Positions 1 to 9,210 of a DNA stretch of 64,000 bases are shown here, in pieces. The stretch is from Coprothermobacterota bacterium (GTDB taxonomy: Bacteria; Coprothermobacterota; Coprothermobacteria; Coprothermobacterales; Coprothermobacteraceae), in NCBI GenBank assembly GCA_036679065.1, contig JAZIGN010000003.1:64001-128000 (forward strand). Reading direction: 5' to 3'. The notes beneath the pieces were generated by a model that saw only the letters and a program-made list of their open reading frames with translations, did no database searches and was not told the origin of the DNA. The number at the start of each line of letters is the position of its first letter. The stretch's first letter is position 1. Both the position numbers and the translations under genes were made by a program.

Positions 1-1
1 T

Positions 2-154
2 TCTTATTTCAATGATAGTTACTTTTGGGTTGTCAACAGATTGTTAGGCGTGGAAGATGTCAAAGAACAGATCATGACGTGGTCGGTTCCCACGACCCTG
101 GGATGGGCAACTGCTTTAGTAATGCTGCTCATAGCCAACCTTATCTTAGCTTAG
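2..154 (+). CDS. GntP/DsdX-family permease, C-terminal end (partial, enters from the left edge)
   Basis: Own translation from position 2: SYFNDSYFWVVNRLLGVEDVKEQIMTWSVPTTLGWATALVMLLIANLILA*. The SxxNDSxFW motif and terminal TM helix are typical of GntP. Confidence 0.75.
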   Translation, partial: SYFNDSYFWVVNRLLGVEDVKEQIMTWSVPTTLGWATALVMLLIANLILA

Positions 155-186
155 CCTAAACGTCATCGTAAATCACTACTAATTAA

Positions 187-221
187 GTAGGGGCGAGAAG
201 TTTTCTCGCCCCTGCTTTTTT
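187..221. terminator. Intrinsic terminator between the convergent permease and hydA genes
   Basis: GTAGGGGCGAGAA-GTT-TTCTCGCCCCTGC hairpin followed by a T6 run on the + strand. Confidence 0.85.
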
Positions 222-222
222 C

Positions 223-1968
223 TTATCTGGTCACCCGGTAAAGCGGTTTTGAAGAATAGTGAGTATGGAGCAAGTGATGGGATTTTTCGCTTAGAGGATG
301 CCCAAGGTATTCCTCGTAAATCTGTTTTATGGCTGGGTTTTCGTGAGATTTTCTTAGAGGCAAATTCCTATCGGCTTGATAAATGGCAGCAGCTCTTAGT
401 TTCCTGACTTCAGCCATTTCATTGGGATGATGTATGGGCTGGCCACCACCTGTGATGCAACCACCGGGGCAGCCCATGATTTCAATGAAGTGGTACTCGG
501 CTTCACCACTCCTGATCTTGTCCAAGAGTTTTCTGGCATTACCGGTCCCATTGACGATGGCCAGCTTCAGATCCGTTCCATCCACCGTTACAGTGGCTTC
601 TCTTACACCATCAAGGCCCCTGACCTCTTCAAAGTCGATCTTGTCCAACGGTTTGCCTTCAACAATTTCGCTTACGGTTCTCAAAGCTGCTTCCATGACA
701 CCACCAGTGGCACCAAATATTACTGCAGCACCTGTGGACATACCCAGTGGCTGATCAAATTCCTCATCAGGCAAGTTAACGAAATCAATACCAGCTTCCT
801 TAATCATGCGTGCTAGCTCGCGTGTGGTAAGGACTGCGTCAACATCCTGCAAGCCATCGTGCATGTTTTCAGGCCTTTCAATTTCAACCTTCTTTGCTGT
901 GCAGGGCATGACTGAAACCACATACACATCTTCTGGGTTCCAGCCCATCTTCTCAGCGTAGTACGTCTTGATTAACGCACCCAGCATCATGTGTGGTGAT
1001 TTGCACGTAGACAAGTTTTCCACGAAATCCGGATAGTACTTTTCGCAGAAGTTAATCCAACCTGGGCTGCAGGAAGTAATCATGGGCAACTTCCCACCAT
1101 ATTTAAGCCTTTCAATAAGCTCAGAGCCTTCTTCCATGATGGTAAGGTCAGCACCAAAGTCTGTATCGAAGACCACTTCAAAGCCCAATCGCCTCAGAGC
1201 AGCTACCATTTTTCCAGTGACTATGCTGCCCACAGGCATGCCAAATTCCTCACCCAAAGCCACTCTTACTGCAGGCGCTGTTTGAACCACAACATGTTTA
1301 CGTTTGTCAGCTAAAGCCCTGTAAACCCTCTGGATGTGGTCTTTTTCGTACAGTGCTCCTGTGGGACAAGCGGTTATGCATTGGCCACAACTGATGCAAG
1401 GAGAATCATTCAGACTCACATAGTAAGGTGCAGAAACCAATGTATCAAAACCTCTGTTCACAGCACCTATGGCAAAAACATTCTGTACTTCCTGACATTC
1501 TGCAATGCACCTGCGGCACAGGACACACTTATTTGGATTCCTGACAATGGCAGGTGAAGCATCATCCAAGGGGTAGTTGACGTTTTCGCCTTGGAATTCA
1601 ATGTCAGTAATGCCAAACCGTTCTGCCAAATCCTGTAGCTCACACTTGGTATTTCTTATGCAGGTCAGGCAATTCCGGTCATGATTGGAAAGAATAAGCT
1701 CCAGGTTTACTCTGCGTGCTTCTCTGACCCGGGGCGTATTGGTACGAATGTTCATACCATTCTGTACCGGATAAATGCAAGATGCCGGTAAATTCCTAAC
1801 GCCATCGACCTCTACCACGCACAGGCGGCAGGAACCAATCTCATTAATCACTTCTGCATAACACAATGTGGGTATGTCAATGCCTGCTTCTCGGCAAGCC
1901 TGCAAAACTGTGTAGTTACTTGGAACCTCTAGAGTAATGCCATCTATGGTCACAGTTACCTTGTCCAT
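223..1968 (-). CDS. hydA: [FeFe]-hydrogenase catalytic subunit (group A3, HydA/HndD-like)
   Basis: H-cluster motifs TSCSPGW, MPCTAKK and EIMGCPGGCITGGGQP; N-terminal 2Fe-2S, His-ligated 4Fe-4S and 2x4Fe-4S motifs; C-terminal LLHTHY. Confidence 0.97.
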   Translation of the reverse strand: MDKVTVTIDGITLEVPSNYTVLQACREAGIDIPTLCYAEVINEIGSCRLCVVEVDGVRNLPASCIYPVQNGMNIRTNTPRVREARRVNLELILSNHDRNCLTCIRNTKCELQDLAERFGITDIEFQGENVNYPLDDASPAIVRNPNKCVLCRRCIAECQEVQNVFAIGAVNRGFDTLVSAPYYVSLNDSPCISCGQCITACPTGALYEKDHIQRVYRALADKRKHVVVQTAPAVRVALGEEFGMPVGSIVTGKMVAALRRLGFEVVFDTDFGADLTIMEEGSELIERLKYGGKLPMITSCSPGWINFCEKYYPDFVENLSTCKSPHMMLGALIKTYYAEKMGWNPEDVYVVSVMPCTAKKVEIERPENMHDGLQDVDAVLTTRELARMIKEAGIDFVNLPDEEFDQPLGMSTGAAVIFGATGGVMEAALRTVSEIVEGKPLDKIDFEEVRGLDGVREATVTVDGTDLKLAIVNGTGNARKLLDKIRSGEAEYHFIEIMGCPGGCITGGGQPIHHPNEMAEVRKLRAAAIYQADRNLPLRKSHENPAIKQIYEEYLGHPLSEKSHHLLHTHYSSKPLYRVTR

Positions 1969-1986
1969 GCGGCTTCAGACCTCCTT

Positions 1987-3777
1987 TTACTGTTTCACAA
2001 TGGCACCAAATGGGCACTTCTCAAAGCATGTACCGCACTTGATGCAAGCTTCTTGATTAATCACATGAGGCTGCTTAAGTTCCCCTGAAATGGCATTCAC
2101 GGGGCAATTCCTTGCGCACAAACCACAGCCTTTGCATTTGTCAGCAACGATGGTATAGGAAAGCAATGCTTGGCATACACCAGCAGGACACTTCTTCTGG
2201 TTGATGTGAGCCTCATATTCATTTCTGAAGTACCTAAGCGTGGAAAGAACAGCGTTAGGCGCCGTCTGTCCCAAACCGCACAGTGCTGTATCTTTAATGG
2301 TTGTAGCCAGCTTCTCTAGCCGATCGATATCTTCAGGTTCTCCCTTACCTGACGTAATCTTATCTAGGATTTCCAGCATTCTCTTTGTACCGATTCTGCA
2401 TGGAGCACACTTTCCACAAGATTCATCTACGATGAATTCCAGGAAGAATTTTGCAACGTTAACCATGCATGTATCTTCGTCCATGACCACCAGTCCGCCT
2501 GAGCCCATCATTGCGCCCAAGCTAATAAGTGAGTCGTAGTCAATCACGGTGTCCAAGTGTTCTTCAGGTATGCAACCACCAGATGGACCGCCTATTTGAA
2601 CGGCTTTAAACCTTTTTCCGTCAGGAATTCCGCCACCAATGTCAAAAATGATCTCCCTAAGAGTGGTACCCATGGGAACCTCAATGAGTCCTGTACGGTT
2701 CACCTTTCCAGTTAGTGCAAACACTTTAGTCCCTTTGGATTTCTCAGTACCGATGGATGAGAACCACTCTGCACCGTTGCTTATGATGACAGGAACGTTA
2801 GCAAAAGTCTCTACGTTATTTATAATGGTGGGTTTATTCCAAAGCCCTTTAACTGCCGGATAAGGAGGTCTGGGCCTGGGTTCACCACGTCTACCCATGA
2901 CAGAGTTCAATAAGGCAGTTTCTTCTCCGCACACGAAAGCGCCTGCTCCAAACCTTATCTCCACATCGAAGCTGAAGTCGGTTCCAAATATGTTGTCACC
3001 CAACAAGCCGTATTCACGTGCCTGCTTTATGGCAATCTGAAGACGTTTTACAGCCAAGGGGTACTCGGCTCTTACATAAATGACGCCGTGGTTAGCACCA
3101 ATGGCGTAACCCGCAATAGCCATGCCTTCCAGCACACTGTGGGGATCACCTTCCATGATACTTCTGTCCATGAAAGCACCGGGGTCACCTTCGTCAGCAT
3201 TGCACACCACGTATTTGGGGGTCTCTTTCTGTTTGTAAGCAAATTCCCACTTCAATCCCGTGGGGAATCCACCGCCGCCTCTACCCCTTAAACCTGACTT
3301 CTTCATTTCGTCAATGACTTGCTCAGGGGTCATCGTAGTTAAGACCTTGCCTAGTGCCTCATATGCCCCCATGGCAATGGCTTCTTCAATATCTTCTGGA
3401 TCGATGATGCCGCAGTTCCTCAGAGCAACACGCATTTGTTTTTTGTAGAATGTGGTTTCTTCCAGTGGTTTTATTTCTTTTTCGGTGACTGTTTCACCAA
3501 ACAGGTACTTAGTTACTGGTCTGCCTTTTAGCAAATGTTCTTCAACGATTTCGGGAACATATTCTGGCTTCATTTTGCTGTAAAACACACCTTCTGGGTA
3601 AATAACGACTACCGGCCCCAACTCGCACAAACCAAAACAACCAGTTCTTATTACTGCTACCTCTTTGTCTAAACCTGCTTTCTTTATTTCATTGACAAAA
3701 GCAGCAGCTACATTATCGGAACCAGAAGAAGTGCACCCTGTGCCTCCACATACCATTACGTGTGATCTATAAAGCAT
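1987..3777 (-). CDS. hydB: NADH/FMN-binding subunit of bifurcating hydrogenase (NuoF-like)
   Basis: GLRGRGGGGFPTG, NADEGDPGAFMDR, GAGAFVCGEE, ESCGKCAPCRIG and a C-terminal 2x4Fe-4S domain. Confidence 0.96.
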   Translation of the reverse strand: MLYRSHVMVCGGTGCTSSGSDNVAAAFVNEIKKAGLDKEVAVIRTGCFGLCELGPVVVIYPEGVFYSKMKPEYVPEIVEEHLLKGRPVTKYLFGETVTEKEIKPLEETTFYKKQMRVALRNCGIIDPEDIEEAIAMGAYEALGKVLTTMTPEQVIDEMKKSGLRGRGGGGFPTGLKWEFAYKQKETPKYVVCNADEGDPGAFMDRSIMEGDPHSVLEGMAIAGYAIGANHGVIYVRAEYPLAVKRLQIAIKQAREYGLLGDNIFGTDFSFDVEIRFGAGAFVCGEETALLNSVMGRRGEPRPRPPYPAVKGLWNKPTIINNVETFANVPVIISNGAEWFSSIGTEKSKGTKVFALTGKVNRTGLIEVPMGTTLREIIFDIGGGIPDGKRFKAVQIGGPSGGCIPEEHLDTVIDYDSLISLGAMMGSGGLVVMDEDTCMVNVAKFFLEFIVDESCGKCAPCRIGTKRMLEILDKITSGKGEPEDIDRLEKLATTIKDTALCGLGQTAPNAVLSTLRYFRNEYEAHINQKKCPAGVCQALLSYTIVADKCKGCGLCARNCPVNAISGELKQPHVINQEACIKCGTCFEKCPFGAIVKQ

Positions 3778-3802
3778 TCTTCTTCACCTCCAAGAACGAC
3801 CT

Positions 3803-4183
3803 TTACTCCAGTTCAGCGCTTTCCAACGTCCATTCCCTAATGGGATGTCCATTTATGACATGTTCTACAACTACTTGCCTAGCTTTATCAGGATCCATCT
3901 TTATGTAAGTAACTTTCTCATGGCCAGGTACGTACACTTCTACGATGGGTTCAAACTTGCAGAGTCCAATGCAGCCCGTTTCTACCACGGTAACACCCGT
4001 CACATTTCGCTTCTCCAACTCATCCAAAATGGCCATCATCACAGGTCTGGCACCAGCAGCAATGCCGCAAGTTGCCATGCCCACAGTAATTCTTGTTCCT
4101 GAACGATCACTTCTGATGTTTACCTTGCGTAAGGCTTCTTCTCTGATTTTTTGCAGATCCTCTAAGGTCTTAATCTGCTTCAT
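3803..4183 (-). CDS. Thioredoxin-like [2Fe-2S] ferredoxin subunit (HydD/HndB-like)
   Basis: VGMATCGIAAGA...TGCIGLCKFEP; lies within the hyd operon. Confidence 0.9.
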   Translation of the reverse strand: MKQIKTLEDLQKIREEALRKVNIRSDRSGTRITVGMATCGIAAGARPVMMAILDELEKRNVTGVTVVETGCIGLCKFEPIVEVYVPGHEKVTYIKMDPDKARQVVVEHVINGHPIREWTLESAELE

Positions 4184-4763
4184 AATCCTTTTTTGCCCCC
4201 TCTTTCTTGGAAATATTTATGTTGGGAAGAATTTCAATGCTTCCCTGATTTACGTAATCTTTAATCCAATTGAGTACGGAAGGCTCTGTAATGTTTACTC
4301 CTTGAAGAACTTCTCTGATTTGTGCAGAGTCGAATGTAAATGAGTAATCATTTAACGTGAAACGATAAACCAGATTAAGTTCTGGGTTGGATACAAGCAA
4401 CGAAACAATGGTAGAACCCATATCGCCCAAGGGAACAAGATCCACGCTAGATAATTTCATCTTTCCTTCGATAATCGTCCCTTCCCCTTCTTTAGATTTG
4501 ATGGTAAGCGTACCTCCGCACTGCTCAACCAAATCCTTAAAAAAAGGAATTCCCAGACCGAAACGGCGTTCCTTCCTACTGGTAAAGAAGGGATCCGTCA
4601 CTCTTTCCACTAAGTGTGGGCTCATACCCTTCCCGTCATCTACTATTCTGATTAATAAATGGTCCGCTTTAACGTCAGCAGTAATGTCGATGGTGATATG
4701 CTTTGCTCCGGCGACAACGCTGTTCTGTGCAAGATCCAATACATACAGAGCCAATTCCTTCAT
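4170..4763 (-). CDS. Stand-alone HATPase_c (histidine-kinase-like ATPase) protein
   Basis: N box DLAQNS, G1 DDGKGM, F box DPFFTS, G2 GLGIP; no HisKA domain. Confidence 0.85.
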   Translation of the reverse strand: MKELALYVLDLAQNSVVAGAKHITIDITADVKADHLLIRIVDDGKGMSPHLVERVTDPFFTSRKERRFGLGIPFFKDLVEQCGGTLTIKSKEGEGTIIEGKMKLSSVDLVPLGDMGSTIVSLLVSNPELNLVYRFTLNDYSFTFDSAQIREVLQGVNITEPSVLNWIKDYVNQGSIEILPNINISKKEGAKKDYEAD

Positions 4764-4775
4764 GCTCCTCCCGCT

Positions 4776-5294
4776 TTACTCAACCTCAGCGGCAGCCTGA
4801 GAGAGATCCTGTTTCTTTATCCTTTGTATTACTTTTACAGCTTCGTCGGGCGTAAGACGTCCATAGACCTCTCCGTTGATCATCATGACCGGAGCCAAGG
4901 CACAAGCTCCCAGGCATCTTGCGGCTTCTAATGAAAACATACCGTCGGAAGTAGTCTCTCCTTCGTTAATGCCCAAGTTCTCTTTGAGCTTCTCGAGGAT
5001 TTGTCCGCTACCTCTGACGTAACAGGCGGTCCCCAAGCACAAGCTAATCTTGTACTTACCAGCAGGGATGATGCTAAACCGCGAGTAGAAGGTCACAATG
5101 CCAAAAATCTCCGTCAAGGGCACACCAGTTTCCTTTGAAATGAGTTCTTGTACTTGAAATGGGACGTAACCAAAGATTTCCTGTGCCTCGTTAAGAATGG
5201 AGATCATGGAACCTGGCACCTTTTTTAGTTCGTCGAGCTTCGTCCTGAATTCTTCAACCTTATCGATGCCAAACAGTTCATAAAGTTGTTCCAT
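4776..5294 (-). CDS. hydC: [2Fe-2S] subunit of bifurcating hydrogenase (NuoE-like)
   Basis: CLGTACYVRG...CLGACALAP. Start moved to ATG 5294, which follows a GGAGG RBS. Confidence 0.93.
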   Translation of the reverse strand: MEQLYELFGIDKVEEFRTKLDELKKVPGSMISILNEAQEIFGYVPFQVQELISKETGVPLTEIFGIVTFYSRFSIIPAGKYKISLCLGTACYVRGSGQILEKLKENLGINEGETTSDGMFSLEAARCLGACALAPVMMINGEVYGRLTPDEAVKVIQRIKKQDLSQAAAEVE

Positions 5295-5379
5295 TTGCTT
5301 CCCTCCCAAAAAAGCTATTTTCGCTGAATCTTTTTTCGGTGAACACTAGCAAAATACTAAGCAATTTTTCCACCAAACC

Positions 5380-5388
5380 ATTATAACA
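5380..5388 (-). promoter_or_regulatory. Extended -10 promoter element for the hydC operon
   Basis: TGT-TATAAT on the minus strand about 85 nt upstream of the hydC start. Confidence 0.6.
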
Positions 5389-5436
5389 CATTACGTGAAT
5401 TCTATAACGAGTTTAAAAAGGCTTTTCAGAAACCTT

Positions 5437-6150
5437 TCACGCAAAACCGCTTAGGTGATTCAGCAGTTCTTCCACAGAAGGGCTTGACAAATCAACGTAG
5501 TTCACACGTTCCATGATGTCGCCCAAGTAATGGGCGTCAGAGGACTGCAGAATGCAGTAACTTGCAAGAGCGGGATGCTTCATAAGAAACTGTTCAGGGT
5601 TAACCGCATTTGAGATTTCCAAAGCATTTACACCGTCCATTTCAGGAATAAAACCCAAGTTCGACAGAACACTGAAAGAAGACCGATCCACATGAGCGAA
5701 AACTGCTATGCCACGGTGCTTCATGAGGCGAAACAGATCTTCCACACCAAATGAAGAAGAAGTCAACAGTAAGTAAGGGTATTCACTGACCAATTCGTCG
5801 TCTTCATCCATGACAAGCTGGTTACCAAAGTACTCAGGACGATTCTTCACCTTTGGCAGAGACTCTTCCCACTTCGCTTGAAAATCGTAACAGTGATCCA
5901 AAGTATGAAAGTAACAAAGCACGTGAACTTCTTCTTTGGTTTGCACCTCCATACCGGGAACCACCAAAAGGCCTTTTCTCTCTCCCAAGTTTGCTATGGC
6001 CTCCACGTTTCTGGCACTGTTGTGATCGGTAACGGCAATTATGTCCAGACCTTTCAAAACGCACATGTTCACAATGTTATTAGGGGTCATATCATCAGAA
6101 GCGCAGGGTGAAAGTGCACTGTGTATGTGGAGGTCGTAATAGAGTTTCAT
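5437..6150 (-). CDS. PHP-domain phosphoesterase
   Basis: DLHIHS, TDHN, AHVDR and SSDAH motifs. Confidence 0.9.
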   Translation of the reverse strand: MKLYYDLHIHSALSPCASDDMTPNNIVNMCVLKGLDIIAVTDHNSARNVEAIANLGERKGLLVVPGMEVQTKEEVHVLCYFHTLDHCYDFQAKWEESLPKVKNRPEYFGNQLVMDEDDELVSEYPYLLLTSSSFGVEDLFRLMKHRGIAVFAHVDRSSFSVLSNLGFIPEMDGVNALEISNAVNPEQFLMKHPALASYCILQSSDAHYLGDIMERVNYVDLSSPSVEELLNHLSGFA

Positions 6151-6491
6151 TTAGAAAGCAGATGATACAGTTTTATGGCTGCTTCGTAGGAAGTTCCAGA
6201 AAAACTTAGAATGGGCATACCTTCTTCATTTGCCCTTTCCACTGCTTCCTTCTCCACTTCAACGCCTTCTGAAACGATGATGCAGCTCTGCTCCACCATC
6301 AGTGCAACAGCCACAATGTTCACATGACTTTGAATGGTTATCCACGCGTTCTTGGGTTTGGACTTTGCCATGACCCAGCTAAGAAGATCGCATATGTACA
6401 CGCCTTCAATGGGATTTTCCAACCCCCCATGGCCAGCTACGACCTGGAATCCTTTGTCCAGAAGATCCCTAACCTTCACTTTTACTTCCAC
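6147..6491 (-). CDS. DRTGG-domain protein
   Basis: YICDLLSWVM...WITIQSHVNIVAVA, typical of hydrogenase-linked DRTGG proteins. Confidence 0.8.
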   Translation of the reverse strand: MEVKVKVRDLLDKGFQVVAGHGGLENPIEGVYICDLLSWVMAKSKPKNAWITIQSHVNIVAVALMVEQSCIIVSEGVEVEKEAVERANEEGMPILSFSGTSYEAAIKLYHLLSK

Positions 6492-6497
6492 CGCGAA

Positions 6498-7850
6498 TTA
6501 AGTCTCCTTTCCTTCACCCATCACAGGTGGAATTTTTCCAGCTAGCGTGTTTAGCTCCTGAGCCAAACTCTTGATCCTGTTTTTTAGAATGAAAACGCAG
6601 TCATATTCAGTAGCTAATCCCTTGACAATGTCCTCAGCCAGTGTTTTACAAGTGGGTGCACCACAGGAACCGCAGTCCAACCCAGGTAATGTGGCAAGAA
6701 CTTCATCGATTCTTTGCATCATGGTTAGTGCCCGAGCGATGTCGCTACTTAGCTCCATGGCGTCACTTCTCTCCAGAGGTTTCTTCCAACGTACTCGCTC
6801 CAGCCCCAAATCGTATTTCTTCTGATATTCGTCTTCGGCTGGCTCTTTGCCGCCACTGTTTTTGTTTTTCTGCCATTTTTCTGTGAGTTTCTTAATTCTT
6901 TGCTGAGCCACAAAATTGTTTTCCACGGTGAGAGGACCACCCACACACCCGCCCACACATGCCATGGCTTCGAGGAAATCCAAGTCCTCCATTTTGCCCA
7001 ATTCCACTTCTTCCAAAACCTTTATGACATTCTGTATGCCGTCCACGTAAATGGTGTTTTCGAGCAGTGTTCCTGAAGCTTCCCCACCGGATTTTGCCCA
7101 ACCCACACCCACCATGGATGCCTTACTTAAAGGCAAAGGATGTACTTTCTTTACCTTATCCACGATGGCGCTGTAAACACTGGCCAGGGAGAACACGCCA
7201 TCCACATCAGTCTTGTCTGTACCAATGGGCTTTCTGACGCTGGTGACCTTAGCACCACAGGGAGAGATAAAGAAAGCACCGATCTCCTCGCGTCTCAAGC
7301 CAGTCTTTCTCACTGCCTCGTCTTTTGCCAGGGTGGCAGCGGCCTCCATGGGCGTACATAAATCCAGCACGTTATCCAGAAGCGAGGGGAAACGGATCTG
7401 AATTAGTCTTACCACGGCTGGGCAGGAAGAAGAAATCACGGGTCGTCGCAATCTGTTTTCCATGAGCGCTTGACGTGTCAATCTTGAAATGATGTCAGCC
7501 CCTAAGGCTACTTCAAAAACATCGTCGAAACCGATCTCCAGAAGAGCTGTGAGAATACTGTCCACATCAACATTCTTGAACTGGCCATAAAGTGACGGAG
7601 CAGGCAAGGCTATGCGGTACTTGAATTTTTCCATGAGATCCCAACTATCTGTCACTGCCACTTTTGCATGATTAGGGCAGGCTCTGATACATTCACCGCA
7701 GTCAATACACAAGCGATCGATGATGCGTGCTTTACCATTTCTGACTCTGATAGCTTCAGCAGGACAACGCTTGATGCAGTTTGTGCATCCTTTACATTTT
7801 TCTTCGTCCAGTGTCACAGAATGGTAATACACACCTGCGTTATTGACCAT
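6498..7850 (-). CDS. Group D (putatively sensory) [FeFe]-hydrogenase-like protein with N-terminal 2x4Fe-4S and C-terminal FeS domain
   Basis: Divergent H-cluster motifs ISSSCPA, ISPCGAK and EAMACVGGCVGG; C-terminal LPGLDCGSCGAPTC...C. Confidence 0.85.
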   Translation of the reverse strand: MVNNAGVYYHSVTLDEEKCKGCTNCIKRCPAEAIRVRNGKARIIDRLCIDCGECIRACPNHAKVAVTDSWDLMEKFKYRIALPAPSLYGQFKNVDVDSILTALLEIGFDDVFEVALGADIISRLTRQALMENRLRRPVISSSCPAVVRLIQIRFPSLLDNVLDLCTPMEAAATLAKDEAVRKTGLRREEIGAFFISPCGAKVTSVRKPIGTDKTDVDGVFSLASVYSAIVDKVKKVHPLPLSKASMVGVGWAKSGGEASGTLLENTIYVDGIQNVIKVLEEVELGKMEDLDFLEAMACVGGCVGGPLTVENNFVAQQRIKKLTEKWQKNKNSGGKEPAEDEYQKKYDLGLERVRWKKPLERSDAMELSSDIARALTMMQRIDEVLATLPGLDCGSCGAPTCKTLAEDIVKGLATEYDCVFILKNRIKSLAQELNTLAGKIPPVMGEGKET

Positions 7851-8292
7851 CTTTTCCAAAGAACAGGACCTCCATGACCAGTTTTGTGCCTTCAGGACCC
7901 GTGGTTATGTCCAGCCTATCCGTATTAGCTTTTATGTTTGGTAAGCCCATGCCGGCTCCGAAGCCCATCTCCCTGGCTTCCTCAGGCGCCGTACTGTAAC
8001 CTTCTTCCATGGCCTTGTTCAAGTCTTCAATACCGGGCCCATTATCTTCAGCCACCATGACCAATCTGTCAGGGTATATGTCAATCTGCAGGTGCCCACC
8101 TAATGAGTGTATGATAATGTTCATCTCGGCTTCATAGCAAGCCACACAGCAACGTCTTACCAGCTCTGGTGGCAAGGAGAGTTGCTTCAGCACAGCCCGC
8201 AAAGCACTAGAAACTTCGCCACCTCTTACGTAGTCTTTAGCCTTTACATCATATTCAAGCCTATAAGATGCGGCTAATTTCTCCATATTCAT
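7840..8292 (-). CDS. Anti-sigma-factor-type Ser/Thr kinase (RsbW/RsbT-like HATPase)
   Basis: YEAEMNIIIH, DNGPGI, EGYST, GFGAGMGLPN. Confidence 0.88.
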   Translation of the reverse strand: MNMEKLAASYRLEYDVKAKDYVRGGEVSSALRAVLKQLSLPPELVRRCCVACYEAEMNIIIHSLGGHLQIDIYPDRLVMVAEDNGPGIEDLNKAMEEGYSTAPEEAREMGFGAGMGLPNIKANTDRLDITTGPEGTKLVMEVLFFGKDGQ

Positions 8293-8632
8293 CAGGAACT
8301 AAACCCCTCGAGAACAATAGTCCACATGCCACAAACATGGGATATTTGCATCTCATCAGTACAATGCCTGCCTCCTTCGCCAGCTCCACGGTCTCCGTGC
8401 TGGGACACTTTCCTCGAACAAATACGATGCATTTCACATCACCCACCACTTCAGCAGTGCGAACTACTTGAGGATTGGTCAAGCCAGTCAGTAGAACGCC
8501 TTTGTCACCTTTCCAAGCTAGAACATCACTCATCAAATCAGCACCACAGGCACCAAAAACCTCTTGATCCAATCTGTCTTCGCCTGACAAAACCTCAGCA
8601 TCAAGAATCTCTTTCACTTCATACAGCTTCAT
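8261..8632 (-). CDS. DRTGG-domain protein
   Basis: GADLMSDVLA...LLTGLTNPQVVRTA...IVFVRGK. Confidence 0.82.
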   Translation of the reverse strand: MKLYEVKEILDAEVLSGEDRLDQEVFGACGADLMSDVLAWKGDKGVLLTGLTNPQVVRTAEVVGDVKCIVFVRGKCPSTETVELAKEAGIVLMRCKYPMFVACGLLFSRGLVPDEYGEISRIL

Positions 8633-8644
8633 GCAGTTACTCCT

Positions 8645-9121
8645 TCATTCCACTAATGATTTCTTAAGTAGGCCCAGCACCAGCAACGCTAAAACGCCTC
8701 CCATGACAGCAGTTGCCAGCTGTGGGAACGTGAACATCTCTACCAAAACAGCTGGAGCTTTCACACCAAACAGCGGAAGCATGTAATACACAGAAGCGCT
8801 AAGCCACAAAAACTTCACCACAGAACCCAAAACCATACCAACTGGTTTATTTCTCATCCCTGAGAATACAAGCACATACAAAGCGTTCCCGACCATGATA
8901 AAAGGAATCACGGGAGGGAACTTCATTATGCCAAAAAGAAAAGCCAAAACAGGGGTAAAGAGGCCAATGATCACACCAGACCACATTCCCACGTATCCAG
9001 CAGAAATAAGTAACATGCCATTTACTAAGGTGCCCGTAATTAGCTGTGGGGCACGAAAAGATTGGAATATAACGGTAAGGGCCAGAAGAATGGCGGTCCT
9101 GGTGATGAATCGTACGGACAT
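8645..9121 (-). CDS. ECF transporter S-component (substrate unknown)
   Basis: About 158 aa and highly hydrophobic; ITRTAILLAL, ITGTLVN, PFIMVGN, FTFPQL pattern. Confidence 0.75.
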   Translation of the reverse strand: MSVRFITRTAILLALTVIFQSFRAPQLITGTLVNGMLLISAGYVGMWSGVIIGLFTPVLAFLFGIMKFPPVIPFIMVGNALYVLVFSGMRNKPVGMVLGSVVKFLWLSASVYYMLPLFGVKAPAVLVEMFTFPQLATAVMGGVLALLVLGLLKKSLVE

Positions 9122-9210
9122 GCTCTACACCCCTTTCCAATATGTGATAATTTTCCTTTTTTATTTTACCATACCAGGTTTTTCCTTGAACAGGAACCCA
9201 GGCTCACCAG

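Noticed and set aside
427..3448. Plus-strand ORFs opposite hydA and hydB, and similar antisense or nested ORFs throughout the track
   Set aside because: Shadow ORFs of well-supported genes, with no RBS or recognisable motifs.
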